From: Nibricoccus sp.
GTDB taxonomy: Bacteria > Verrucomicrobiota > Verrucomicrobiia > Opitutales > Opitutaceae
Direction of reading: 5' to 3'
Assembly: GCA_047602425.1 (NCBI GenBank)
Contig: JASGHG010000001.1
Location: 2,112,001-2,176,000 of the forward strand
DNA: 64,000 bases
Of the stretch, positions 1 to 9,466 are shown piece after piece; within the stretch, counting starts at the first letter, position 1; every line of letters begins with the position of its first letter. A model generated the notes under the pieces. That model worked only from the letters and a program-made list of their open reading frames with translations, did no database searches and was not told where the DNA came from. A program made the position numbers and the translations under genes.

Positions 1-1
1 G

Positions 2-349
2 CACGGCTCCATCGCCCGCGCCGCCTGGGGCGATCACAATGCCGCCCAAATCCGGCACCCGCTGGCACGCCTCTTCCCCGGCGTTATTGGCCACTGGCTG
101 ACCATGCCCGCCGATCCACTTCCCGGAGGCAAGGACATGCCACGCGTCCAGTCGCCCGACAACGGGGCCTCGGAGCGTTTCGCCGTTTCGCCCGGCCACG
201 AAGCCGAAGGCATTTTCCACATGCCCGGCGGCCAGAGCGGCCATCCGCTATCGCCGTATTTTCGCGCCGGCCACGACGCCTGGGTAAAAGGCGAACCCAC
301 GCCCTTCCTCCCCGGCCCGCCCACGCACACGCTGACGCTCGCGCCCTGA
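2..349 (+). CDS. Penicillin acylase (Ntn-hydrolase) family protein, C-terminal part; begins before the window
   Basis: Frame open from position 2 (HGSIARAAWGDHNAAQIRHPLA...). It contains GASERFAVSPG and MPGGQSGHPLSPYF, typical of penicillin amidase beta-chain ends. Confidence 0.85.
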   Translation, partial: HGSIARAAWGDHNAAQIRHPLARLFPGVIGHWLTMPADPLPGGKDMPRVQSPDNGASERFAVSPGHEAEGIFHMPGGQSGHPLSPYFRAGHDAWVKGEPTPFLPGPPTHTLTLAP

Positions 350-377
350 GCGCTCGGGCGAGCGATCACCCGCGAAT

Positions 378-477
378 GATCGAAGGTAGGGACGGACCGC
401 CGGGCCGTCTGGCTGAGCGTGAGCCATTCTTGAGCAACGTCGACGGACGACCCCGCGGGTCATCCCTACCTTCGATC
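378..477. repeat. GTAG-type REP doublet (REPIN-like inverted pair)
   Basis: GATCGAAGGTAGGGA (378-392) is the exact reverse complement of TCCCTACCTTCGATC (463-477). Each half carries its own GC-rich hairpin. Confidence 0.75.
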
Positions 478-824
478 CATTCTCAAATCTCCAAATGCAA
501 CTTGGCACTACACGCCCTCCCACAACCCGCTTGTCTTCTCCAACCCAACCCCTAGAACCTACGCCACTCCCGTGGAGGTCCGCATTGAAACCCTACCCCC
601 ACATTTTCGCACTCCTCGCTATATCCAACCGCAAGTCCCGGTGCCGCCTTTGCCGGCTTCCCCTGCCGTCTGAAAAAGCTGCACCCAACCCATTCCTCCC
701 GCCCAAAGTCTAGATTCCCACTCGCTTATTTTCACCCGATGCCATTTCTCACATCCAAATTTCAACCGGCAAAAGCTGCACTCAGTGCAGCCGAATGATA
801 CTGTTGGGCAAATAAGGCATCCCC

Positions 825-1496
825 TTGGAAGACGCTAAAGCACGCATCGTCGAGTACGTTCGCAGGCGCTTCTGTGAATTCGAGTCAGATGGTTTTTCCA
901 TCTTCTCTCGTCTCCCGAGCGGGAATACTGCGCGGTATGTGCGTGGCTTTATGGCGCTTTCAGATGCTCGGAAAGATTTGGTCCGCGACGCCATTGCCAT
1001 GCGGGCAGCTCAATGGTGGGGATATCCGTATGACTTTCGTTCGTCTGAGCCATGCGTGAAGGCCTTTGACGAGTTTACACGCATGACCCCATACCCATGG
1101 GATGTCGTACGTCATGGAGAGAAGCGTGCGCCAGTGGCGCAAATCCGAAAAGCGGCGAAGCTAATGTTCGGACAGTTGTTTGGCTGTGCTCCAGTCAAAA
1201 GCATCGAGCCGGGTGACTGGTTCTATAGTGGAGTCGTTATGGCAGCGCCGGTGGTTGTTCAAATACGTTATTCCACTAGAATGGCGCCATTATTGTATGG
1301 CATGCGTATCAATGAGGTTGGGGATTACTACAGTTTCTCATTGGAGAATCTGTTCGGAATGGGATTGGGTGATTGGGATAATATTATGCTCGGCGGAGAA
1401 GACCAAGCTTGCGCGCTTTTGCGAGACACTATTCTCGCCGGTGTGGCCGAGTGCCTTGAGATTTCCCGAATTGCTGAAAGAATAAAGAATGCCTAA
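825..1496 (+). CDS. Hypothetical protein, putative integron gene cassette
   Basis: 223-aa ORF with visibly lower GC. GTTGGGC at 803-809 precedes it, and its TAA stop lies inside GCCTAAC (1491-1497). Confidence 0.7.
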   Translation: MEDAKARIVEYVRRRFCEFESDGFSIFSRLPSGNTARYVRGFMALSDARKDLVRDAIAMRAAQWWGYPYDFRSSEPCVKAFDEFTRMTPYPWDVVRHGEKRAPVAQIRKAAKLMFGQLFGCAPVKSIEPGDWFYSGVVMAAPVVVQIRYSTRMAPLLYGMRINEVGDYYSFSLENLFGMGLGDWDNIMLGGEDQACALLRDTILAGVAECLEISRIAERIKNA

Positions 1497-1579
1497 CAAG
1501 ACACTACTGCCAATGCCGGGAAAGTCTCCTTCCTCCAAGCAGTGTCCGTGTCCGGTAGGGCAGACCTCTGACGTTGCAT
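1491..1579 (+). mobile_element. attC-like integron recombination site
   Basis: R'' GCCTAAC (RYYYAAC) at 1491-1497, internal inverted boxes CTGCC/GGCAG, and ...CTCTGACGTTGCAT with GTT at 1573. Length 89 bp. R' is imperfect. Confidence 0.6.
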
Positions 1580-1582
1580 ACC

Positions 1583-2134
1583 ATGAAACGCATACTTATT
1601 GCTCTAATACTCGCGGCCGTACCAATTATTGGTTCGGCGCAAGAATTGGCGCCCATTGTTAAGCGCGAAGCGGATAGTTGCGCGATCGCTTTGCTTAAAA
1701 GCGACTACGAAGGTGTCGCACGCTACACGCACGAACGATTGATTAAAGTCATGGGCGGAAAAGATCAGATGATTGCCGAAATAAAGCGCGGTATTTCTCA
1801 GATGCATACAGCGGGATTCGATTTTATTGAGACGAAAACCGGAACACCTGCAGAACCAAAGCGTGTTGGGAGCTGGCTCACCTCTCTAGTGCCTACGACT
1901 GTCGTTATGAAAGTTCCGGATGGACGACGGATGAGTAAAGATTCCTTTCTCCTAGGTATCTCAGAAGACAACGGAAAAACTTGGGTTTTCGTGGATCTCA
2001 GCAATATCACGAACGAGCAGTATGCAGAACTATTTCCGGAGTTAGTCAGAGAGATTCCGCTACCGGCAAAAAAGAAAGCAGTGTTTGTGAATGAAAAAGA
2101 GCCTAACCAGGCATCCCCTCTAGGTAAAATCTAG
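1583..2134 (+). CDS. Secreted hypothetical protein, putative integron gene cassette
   Basis: Signal-peptide-like N-terminus MKRILIALILAAVPIIGSA. ATG lies just after the attC-like GTT. The C-terminus reads through a second GCCTAAC (2101-2107; EPNQ). Confidence 0.75.
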   Translation: MKRILIALILAAVPIIGSAQELAPIVKREADSCAIALLKSDYEGVARYTHERLIKVMGGKDQMIAEIKRGISQMHTAGFDFIETKTGTPAEPKRVGSWLTSLVPTTVVMKVPDGRRMSKDSFLLGISEDNGKTWVFVDLSNITNEQYAELFPELVREIPLPAKKKAVFVNEKEPNQASPLGKI

Positions 2135-2248
2135 AGATTATCTTGAATTTATAGACATCGCATGACGAGCAGTTGCCGTGGGGAGTCGCGAATGATACTT
2201 CGGAGTCGTTGCCTCCCGCTCATCGAGGCCGGCGGTCGGTCCCGTCAC

Positions 2249-3103
2249 TCAATCGGCCTGCCGGCACTCGTGCTTTTTGGGACGCTGTTCGTTGAAACAG
2301 TCGGAGCAAATGCCGTGGGTGAATTTGATGCGGCTGTGCACGGAAAGATAATCTTCGACCTTCTGCCAGTAGCCGTCGTCGTCGCGCACTTTTTTGCACC
2401 AGGCGCAGATCGGCAGCAGCCCGGTCAGCGTGTGCACTTCGGCCAGCGCGTTCGATAACTCCAGGTTGCGCAGTTCCAGGTTGGCGGTCAGCAGGCTCAC
2501 GAAGAGCGCGACCATGAAAAAGCTGACTTCGTAGTCGCTCACCACTTGCAACCATTCCGCGGCCTGGTCCCAGCCTTGCACGGCGCAAACCGAGGCGAAC
2601 ACCACCCGGAAACAATGAAACAATCCATGGCAGAGAAACGCCCGGCAGGGCGAAAACATGGACGAATAAAAAACCTTGGAGCCCTGCCGGAGGCTATAAC
2701 CGGAGGCCAGAGAGAACGCCGCCCAGACAATCCCGTTGAAAACCATGCGCCACTGACTGTGTCCGTCGTTGTTTAAAAAATACACCAGCCCGCCGGCATG
2801 CACCGCGATGCTCGCGGTCACCGTCCACCAACGCGTGGTGAGGCCGGCCGTCTGCCGTGCGCCCAACAACAATCCGGCATGGCCAATCGTCACCAGCAGC
2901 GTCGGCACAATGCGTCCGGCCCAGTAAGGCAGTTCCGGCCGGACCGCAAAAAAAACATCCGCCACCGCCAAAACCCAGGCCGAGACCATCCAATAAAACA
3001 TCGCCGTGCCCCGCCCCTGCCTCACCCAGTAGTGCGTGATCATCGATGCCAGGATGCAAACGATGACGATGTTTGTGAGGTAGATGACGGTTGCTTGTTC
3101 CAT
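2249..3103 (-). CDS. Multi-TM membrane sensor-like protein with C-terminal Cys/His (putative Zn-binding) domain
   Basis: About 7 hydrophobic segments, a short coiled coil, then LLPICAWCKKVRDDDGYWQKVEDY...THGICSDC, a motif usually seen at the C-terminus of response regulator or PAS proteins. Confidence 0.75.
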   Translation of the reverse strand: MEQATVIYLTNIVIVCILASMITHYWVRQGRGTAMFYWMVSAWVLAVADVFFAVRPELPYWAGRIVPTLLVTIGHAGLLLGARQTAGLTTRWWTVTASIAVHAGGLVYFLNNDGHSQWRMVFNGIVWAAFSLASGYSLRQGSKVFYSSMFSPCRAFLCHGLFHCFRVVFASVCAVQGWDQAAEWLQVVSDYEVSFFMVALFVSLLTANLELRNLELSNALAEVHTLTGLLPICAWCKKVRDDDGYWQKVEDYLSVHSRIKFTHGICSDCFNEQRPKKHECRQAD

Positions 3104-3283
3104 GCTGGCGGGCGTGACATTCCCTAAAATCGCCGTTCGCGCAAAGCGATTTCTCAGAAGTCAGCCATTTTTACAGAAACACTGTTTGCGCTTCGTTGGC
3201 GGCAAACGCACCGACGAAGGAATTTACCGTTGAGATCGGCGCCGTTTAAAACCTAGCTCAAGCACACTCAAACCACCTCCGGC

Positions 3284-3982
3284 ATGAAGAAAAAAAACAA
3301 GAGCCTCACCGTCTATTTCGCGAGCGAGCTCTTCAGTTTAAAGCATCTCATTGGCAACGCCTACCTGGCCGAGGCCATTTATGAGAAATCCCATGGCCGT
3401 TACCTCTGCGTGCTTCCGCAAAATCTCGAACAGCGCGGCAACACCGCGAAGTCCATCCGCGACCAGGACATTTTCACCCTGCTGGAGTGCGACCTCGGGC
3501 TCTTCAACTACGACGGCACCGAACTCGATTCCGGCACCGTCGTGGAATTCATGCTCGCGAAGTTTGCCGACATTCCGTCGGTGATTTTGCGCAGCGATTT
3601 TCGCCACGGCGGCGACCAGCGCGGCGATCCGTGGAACCTCATGACGAGTTTTTATCCGCGCACTGCCAACGTCCTCGTCGACAGTCTCGGCCTCTACAAA
3701 ACCATGATGAAAAATCGTCGCCCCAAGCCGGGCGACGAAATCGTCCGCCTGGCCGGCCAGCATAGCTCCGCCGACGCCCAGCGCATGTGCGAACGCATCG
3801 CCGAGGCGTGCGTGCGCTCGCTCGACCGGGTGGCTGCACTCGATCCGGTGATGCCGCGGCATTTGCAGGAGGAGGTTTACAACTGGCTCGCCCTCATGCC
3901 CGCTTTCCGTGGCAAGGAAAAGGCCTTGCGCAAGCGGCTCGAAGCCATCCTCGAACACAAGGCCCGGCGGGGCCTGCTCTGA
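3284..3982 (+). CDS. Nucleoside 2-deoxyribosyltransferase family protein
   Basis: VYFASELF N-terminus, DSGTVVE motif, SDFR and WNLM motifs; lies upstream of upp. Confidence 0.75.
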   Translation: MKKKNKSLTVYFASELFSLKHLIGNAYLAEAIYEKSHGRYLCVLPQNLEQRGNTAKSIRDQDIFTLLECDLGLFNYDGTELDSGTVVEFMLAKFADIPSVILRSDFRHGGDQRGDPWNLMTSFYPRTANVLVDSLGLYKTMMKNRRPKPGDEIVRLAGQHSSADAQRMCERIAEACVRSLDRVAALDPVMPRHLQEEVYNWLALMPAFRGKEKALRKRLEAILEHKARRGLL

Positions 3983-4007
3983 GTTTTCCACGAATTCAGA
4001 AGTGATT

Positions 4008-4155
4008 GAACCGCCAATTATCGCTAATTTTCGCTAATATATAAGGCAGGGCTCATCGAACCCTTAAACCCTCCTCCATCAGTGCCAATCAGTGTCCATA
4101 AGTGGTTAAAAAACTCCTCCGAAAATTAGCGTCCATTAGCGCAAATTAGCGGTTC
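4008..4155. repeat. Inverted repeat element with 10-bp periodic arms (CGCTAAT-like x3 / ATTAGCG x3) and a nested variant arm
   Basis: GAACCGCCAATTATCGCTAATTTTCGCTAAT (4008-4038) versus ATTAGCGTCCATTAGCGCAAATTAGCGGTTC (4125-4155). An extra ATCAGTG-type arm lies at 4078-4107. Confidence 0.75.
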
Positions 4156-4189
4156 CACCCGGTCTTTCCCTTTCAACCCGCCCCCTGCC

Positions 4190-4807
4190 ATGCCGCTGCA
4201 CTTGCTTGATCATCCGCTCGCCGCCCATGTGCTCACCCGCCTGCGCGACAAAACCACGCCGCCCGCCCAATTCCGCATTCTCTGCCATCAAATCGCGCTC
4301 CTGCTCACCCTGGAGGCCACCCGCGATCTCGCGACACGGCCGGCAACGGTTGAAACGCCGCTCGAATCCTTCAATGGCCGCGCGCTCGATCGGCCGCTCG
4401 TCGTCGTTCCGATCCTTCGTGCCGGTCTCGGCATGGTTCAGCCCATCGTCGATCTTTTTCCCGACGTCAGCGTCGGATACATCGGTCTCGAACGCGATCA
4501 TGACACCGCGCTGGCCCGGAGTTATTACTGCAAACTCCCTCCGTTAAAAAATACTCGCGTGCTCCTCGTCGATCCCATGCTCGCCACTGGCGGCTCGGCC
4601 GTGAAGGCCCTCGAAGTCATTTTCAGCCGCGGCGCCACCGAAGTCGATTTGCTCAACATCGTCGCCGCACCCGAAGGCGTCGCCGTCGTGGAAAAAGCCT
4701 TCCCCGCCATCCGCATTTTCTCCGGCGCGCTCGACCGCGAGCTCAACGCCCGGAAATATATCGTCCCCGGTCTCGGCGACTTCGGCGACCGGCTCTACGG
4801 CACGTAA
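4190..4807 (+). CDS. upp: Uracil phosphoribosyltransferase
   Basis: VPILRAGLGM, PRPP motif LLVDPMLATGGS, YIVPGLGDFGDRLYGT. Confidence 0.97.
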   Translation: MPLHLLDHPLAAHVLTRLRDKTTPPAQFRILCHQIALLLTLEATRDLATRPATVETPLESFNGRALDRPLVVVPILRAGLGMVQPIVDLFPDVSVGYIGLERDHDTALARSYYCKLPPLKNTRVLLVDPMLATGGSAVKALEVIFSRGATEVDLLNIVAAPEGVAVVEKAFPAIRIFSGALDRELNARKYIVPGLGDFGDRLYGT

Positions 4808-4838
4808 TACCATTTACTATAGGGTCTGGCATCAAAAA

Positions 4839-4892
4839 GGCAGGGGCAATGCTTCGTCATTGCCCGAGGACATGCGGAGCATTGTCCCTACC
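4839..4892. repeat. GTAG-type REP doublet
   Basis: GCAGGGGCAATGCTTCGTCATTGCCC is followed by GGACATGCGGAGCATTGTCCCTACC, whose reverse complement is GGTAGGGACAATGCTCCGCATGTCC. Confidence 0.6.
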
Positions 4893-4960
4893 GGCGCTGC
4901 CGCGCCAAAGTGTCAAATCAAGAGGTAAAAGGGTATAAATCCGCGTCTCTACCGGCGCAC

Positions 4961-4990
4961 AAAAAAACCCCGGGCGAAAACCCGGGGTTT
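4961..4990 (-). terminator. Intrinsic terminator of the DUF481 gene (possibly bidirectional)
   Basis: CCCCGGG/CCCGGGG stem, with A7 on the + strand (U-tract on -) and TTT on the other side. Confidence 0.8.
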
Positions 4991-5016
4991 GGAAAAGACG
5001 AACTATTGGCCAGACC

Positions 5017-6147
5017 TTATTTCCAGGTGAGCACAAAGCGCGAGTAGTACGTCGTGTCATGGTGACGACGGCCCGGTGCCGGCTTACCAGTGTAGTCGTT
5101 GACCAGACCAAGGCGCAGTTTCCACGAGGGATTCGCTAGAGGAAGCTGGACGAACGTTTCATGAATCGCGCGGTAGTCGCTGAAATCCTCAAAGGCAGGG
5201 ACGTAGCTGATGCGAGTGACAACGCTGAAGGTCTTCAACTCCAAGGCGTGGGCCAGGCCGAAATCGAGACCGGCCGAGTTAACGTTTTCCTTGGTGGCTA
5301 GACGGTTGAATTCTGAGGTGGCCGCGAGTATTTCAGCCGAGGTACGGGGTACTAGCATGTATTCATCGAACCGTTTTTTGAAATCTACCGGATCAGGGTT
5401 ATACGATTCAAAGCGATGGGCGACACCGACGCGGCCCGTGAACGTGTGTTTCGGGCGCTTGATGAAATCGTAACCAAGACCGGCCGCAGCGACATTCGAA
5501 AACTGGATCAACTTCACGCGGTCAAAGCCGGCCTCATCGCGCAGATACCAGGAATACTTGCCGGCAAAACTGTTCTGATAGTCGACGCCCGCTTTGAACT
5601 GGTCCGAGGAGATTTCCCCTTCGGTCACCTGGCGGTCGTAGACGCTGTAGAATTCCAATTTATCCTGCGGACCGGTCAGCACCGCGCGAAACGCGAAGCC
5701 GGTGCCGAGTTGCTCGCTGTTGCCGGTCTTACCCACGATATCCAAAGCCGCCTCGTAGGTCCAAGCGCGCTGGAGTGCGACCACTTCCGGATCTTTCAGG
5801 CCCGGAGCCCACGTCGCGACGATCTTGTCGACGTTGGTCTGAATCGAACCGTCCTGACCGGCAATGGTCACGGCACCGGCGCCGGTGCCGGACAACGTGC
5901 CTTGCAGCACGGTGCCACTGCTGAGACGAATATTGGACGCGGCCTCAGTCGAGATCAGAACGACTTCGCTCTGCTTGACTTTCAACGTGCCGGCAAAAGC
6001 GGTGTCGATGATGACGGTCGCGCCGTCAATCTGCGTGACCTTGCCCACGATGCGGGCTCCATCCTTGGTCTCAACGACATCAGCCGAGACAATGCTTCCC
6101 GCCAACGCGAGCAGCAACAGACTGGCAATAATCCTGGGTGTTTTCAT
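5017..6147 (-). CDS. Outer-membrane beta-barrel protein, DUF481-like
   Basis: Signal peptide; N-terminal DVVETKDGARIVG...DTAFAG domain; GKTGNS and alternating beta-strands; ends FVLTWK. Confidence 0.75.
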   Translation of the reverse strand: MKTPRIIASLLLLALAGSIVSADVVETKDGARIVGKVTQIDGATVIIDTAFAGTLKVKQSEVVLISTEAASNIRLSSGTVLQGTLSGTGAGAVTIAGQDGSIQTNVDKIVATWAPGLKDPEVVALQRAWTYEAALDIVGKTGNSEQLGTGFAFRAVLTGPQDKLEFYSVYDRQVTEGEISSDQFKAGVDYQNSFAGKYSWYLRDEAGFDRVKLIQFSNVAAAGLGYDFIKRPKHTFTGRVGVAHRFESYNPDPVDFKKRFDEYMLVPRTSAEILAATSEFNRLATKENVNSAGLDFGLAHALELKTFSVVTRISYVPAFEDFSDYRAIHETFVQLPLANPSWKLRLGLVNDYTGKPAPGRRHHDTTYYSRFVLTWK

Positions 6148-6323
6148 ATGTAGGAGTTCGAGTTACGATCAGAGAACCAATAGTCAACCCTTGGTTCCCA
6201 TATTTTTCTGCCAAACCGAACGACATACTACACCCGGGCTGCAAGCCGGCAATCGTTTAAATTGCGCTCGCGAACCTCATGCTCGACAAAACGGCCCGGC
6301 ACTTCTTCGCTCGTGGTAAACAA

Positions 6324-7217
6324 ATGCCCGATTTCGTCCAACGCCCCTCTCTTATCGTCGCCGACCAGTGGCAAGATTACGAACTGCTCGATACCGGCAA
6401 CGGCATGAAGCAGGAACGGTGGGGCCCTTACAACCTCGTGCGGCCGGACCCCCAGATCATCTGGCACCGGCCCGACGGAGCGCCCTGGACCGGCTGGGAC
6501 GGCTATTATCACCGCAGCGACACCGGCGGCGGGAAATGGGAGTTCAAGCGTCCGCTACCCGAGTATTGGAAAATCAAATACAAGAGCCTCACGCTGAAAA
6601 TCCATCCCACGTCCTTCAAGCACACCGGCCTCTTTCCCGAGCAGGCGGTCAATTGGGACTGGTTTTCCGATAAAATCCAAACTGCCAAAGCCGCCGGTCG
6701 CGAGGTCTCGGTGCTCAACCTCTTCGGCTACACCGGCGCCGCCACCTGCGCCGCGGCGGCCGCGGGCGCCACCGTCTGCCATGTCGACGCCGCCGAGGGC
6801 ATGGTCAAGTGGTGCAAGGAGAACGCCGCCCTCTCCGGCCTCGCCGAAGCTCCCATCCGCTACATCACCGATGACTGCCTGAAATTCGTCCGCCGCGAAA
6901 TCAAACGCGGTCGCCGCTACGACGCCGTCATTATGGATCCTCCCACTTACGGGCGCGGCTCCTCCGGCGAAATGTGGCGGTTGGAGGATTCGCTTTGGGA
7001 GCTGCTGCTGCAATGCCGCGAACTCCTCAGCGACCGTCCACTCTTTTTCCTCATCAACGCCTACACCGCGCGCCTCTCGCCCACCGTCGTGGCCAATCTG
7101 CTCACCGACTTGCTCGGCCCGCGCAACGGCACGCTCACCGCCGGCGAAATCGGCCTACCCGTGAAACGCGACGGAAAAATCCTCCCCTGCGGCATCTACG
7201 GCCGCTGGGAGGCGTAA
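6324..7217 (+). CDS. Class I SAM-dependent methyltransferase (RlmI/RlmK-like family)
   Basis: KHTGLFPEQ, VLNLFGYTG, HVDA and IMDPPTYG motifs. The start could be 6279. Confidence 0.85.
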   Translation: MPDFVQRPSLIVADQWQDYELLDTGNGMKQERWGPYNLVRPDPQIIWHRPDGAPWTGWDGYYHRSDTGGGKWEFKRPLPEYWKIKYKSLTLKIHPTSFKHTGLFPEQAVNWDWFSDKIQTAKAAGREVSVLNLFGYTGAATCAAAAAGATVCHVDAAEGMVKWCKENAALSGLAEAPIRYITDDCLKFVRREIKRGRRYDAVIMDPPTYGRGSSGEMWRLEDSLWELLLQCRELLSDRPLFFLINAYTARLSPTVVANLLTDLLGPRNGTLTAGEIGLPVKRDGKILPCGIYGRWEA

Positions 7218-7369
7218 GCCCATTGGAGCGACGATTGGTTTGTCATTCCCCCTGCGTTGAGAACGTCTGGAGCCTGATACCGAGAGACAGATCTTTCGAC
7301 AAGCGAAGGTTCGCCGATAACCGGAGAACGGCAGTATTAAACCACCTCACACCGCTAAGTTACGGGCGC

Positions 7370-9361
7370 CTATTTCTTTTCGGTTGAATTCGTAGCACCT
7401 GGACCAAGATGCTTCGCCAGAAATGCTTCGATCGTTTTGTATTCTTGAAGCAGCGATCTCTCTTTGCGAAATCCGTGGCCCTCGTCGGAAAGAAAAAGCG
7501 TCTGGGGCGGACGCCCCAGCGCCTCAAGGGCGGCAGCCATTTTTTTTGCTTGTTTGTACGGGACAGTCCGATCGTCCTTGCCGTGAATAATGAGCAATGG
7601 CGCGACGATCTTGTCAGCGAAATAGAGGGGTGAAATTGCCTTCAATTGATCCGAATCCGTCGTCGGATTTCCAATCTGTTCCGTCCAATGTTCACGGGCC
7701 AATTTATCTTCGTCTTCACTCACTGACTTAAAGATACTCAGCCAGTCCGAGACCCCGCAGATGGAAATGCCGCAGCGATATAAGTCACTGCTTTTGCCCA
7801 ACCCGTATAACGCGGAATAACCGCCGTAGCTGGCCCCGACAATCGCTATGCGTTTCGGATCGGCGACCTTCTTTGCAATCGCCCATCGAGTTGCGTCCTC
7901 TATATCATTTTGAATATCGCCGCCGACCTGTTTTTTCCCTTTGTTCGAGAATTCCGTACCATATCCCGCCGAGCCGCGATAGTTCATTTGCAGGACGGCG
8001 TACCCGCGATTCGCCAACATTTGCACCAATGGATCGAATTCCCAAGCGTCGCGGACCCAGGGGCCACCGTGAGGCATGACTACAAGCGGCAAATTGCGCG
8101 GCTTTTGTCCCAATGGCACAGTTAAGTAACCATGGATAACGAGCCCATCCCGTGCGGTGTAAGACATGGGATTCATCGGAGCCATCTGCTCGGGCTTTAT
8201 CCAAGGCCGGGTTCTAAACAATCCCTCCAACTTTTGGTCCTTCGGAGTGTACAAGTAGTAAGCCCCAGGGTTGCGGTCGGAATAAGAAAAGATCAGCATT
8301 CGCGTGTCGTCCTCAGAGGTGCTGACAGGAAGATTGAACACACCGGGCCTGAGGGCATCGATGATCGCCATCCTTCTTGCATATTCTTCGTCGAACCATC
8401 TCACACCAGGCCCTTCCCCCATGTAAGCGTATCCTACGATTGCTTTCCGATGGTCCGACCAAATCGATTTAACCAGCGGGCCGGAATGAGAAAATTCCAC
8501 ATCGTATCCGGGAACTTCAAGTAGTGGCTCACCCAGGCTTCCCGTTGCGATGTCACAGCAATAGAGATTTCTATAGCCCTTGTCACTGGTTGAACAAATA
8601 TAGATACCCTTACCGTCGTAGCTGAAACCGAGCATCATTGGGGTTTCACTTGGACTGTGCGAGACGACAGTCAGCGGTCGCCATGGGCTCTTGTCGTCGT
8701 CGCGGTAGAGGATCGTGTTTTCGTGGATGGATTTTACCTCCAAGCCAGCCCGGATGACACCCTGCCTATCTGCCACCCAACCGACAACTCTGCCTGGATT
8801 TTTCACCACCGTACGGTGAGCGCCAGTTCTGGTATCGATTTTAATAACATCCGGATAGAGCCGCGATTCATCGCCAGGATCGCCGCGCAATTCCAACATG
8901 AGCGTGTTAGTGTCATCTCCAAAAGAATGAATAGCCTGATATGCGTTTAGCGGACGATAATCCAACATGCCTTCTCGATAACCAACTGCTCCAGTCAAAG
9001 GCGTCCATTGCGTACCGTTGCAATCGTAGGCCGCGGTTCCTTCCATATAATTCCAAATCGAGATGCCCACCAGCACGCGCTTGGGGTCGAGCCACCGAAA
9101 CCAAGCGACTTCTCGGTTGCCGGTCAGTGCCTCGCCTTTGCCAAGGTCAAAACCTTTAAGCTGCAAGGAAGACAACTCCGCGAAAAAAACCTGGTCTCGT
9201 CCCAAAGGATCTTGAATCACGGCGCAATATCGCCCATCGGGGGACAATCGTGCCTGCCGGTTCGTCGCTGGCCGAGCAAAGTCTTCGATCGGAACCAAGT
9301 CGGCCCCTCGGGCCGAAATACACAACGCCGCCAAACCAAGTGCTAGAATCTTGGGGTTCAT
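7370..9361 (-). CDS. S9 family (prolyl oligopeptidase-like) secreted peptidase
   Basis: Signal peptide, PHGGP, NYRGS, GASYGG nucleophile, HGKDD and EGHGF catalytic motifs. Confidence 0.93.
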   Translation of the reverse strand: MNPKILALGLAALCISARGADLVPIEDFARPATNRQARLSPDGRYCAVIQDPLGRDQVFFAELSSLQLKGFDLGKGEALTGNREVAWFRWLDPKRVLVGISIWNYMEGTAAYDCNGTQWTPLTGAVGYREGMLDYRPLNAYQAIHSFGDDTNTLMLELRGDPGDESRLYPDVIKIDTRTGAHRTVVKNPGRVVGWVADRQGVIRAGLEVKSIHENTILYRDDDKSPWRPLTVVSHSPSETPMMLGFSYDGKGIYICSTSDKGYRNLYCCDIATGSLGEPLLEVPGYDVEFSHSGPLVKSIWSDHRKAIVGYAYMGEGPGVRWFDEEYARRMAIIDALRPGVFNLPVSTSEDDTRMLIFSYSDRNPGAYYLYTPKDQKLEGLFRTRPWIKPEQMAPMNPMSYTARDGLVIHGYLTVPLGQKPRNLPLVVMPHGGPWVRDAWEFDPLVQMLANRGYAVLQMNYRGSAGYGTEFSNKGKKQVGGDIQNDIEDATRWAIAKKVADPKRIAIVGASYGGYSALYGLGKSSDLYRCGISICGVSDWLSIFKSVSEDEDKLAREHWTEQIGNPTTDSDQLKAISPLYFADKIVAPLLIIHGKDDRTVPYKQAKKMAAALEALGRPPQTLFLSDEGHGFRKERSLLQEYKTIEAFLAKHLGPGATNSTEKK

Positions 9362-9466
9362 TGCCCTCGGAAATAAAATGCCCGCGGCCAAAGTGAAAGC
9401 CCGAACTGCATCCTACCGCCTGCTTTTGCGCTTTCCGTCGGTGACACTTTCGGCTTTTACGGAATC

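Noticed and set aside
495..713. 72-aa ORF in the C-rich spacer
   Set aside because: Low-complexity Pro-rich translation with no RBS or recognisable motif.
792..2199. 11-bp direct repeats CGAATGATACT (792, 2189) and AGGCATCCCCT (815, 2109) as target-site duplications around the cassettes
   Set aside because: Matches this short can arise by chance in 2 kb, and the two pairs give conflicting boundaries.
7238..7250. GTTTGTCATT as another palindrome copy
   Set aside because: Only a half-site; the ATGACAAA arm is missing.
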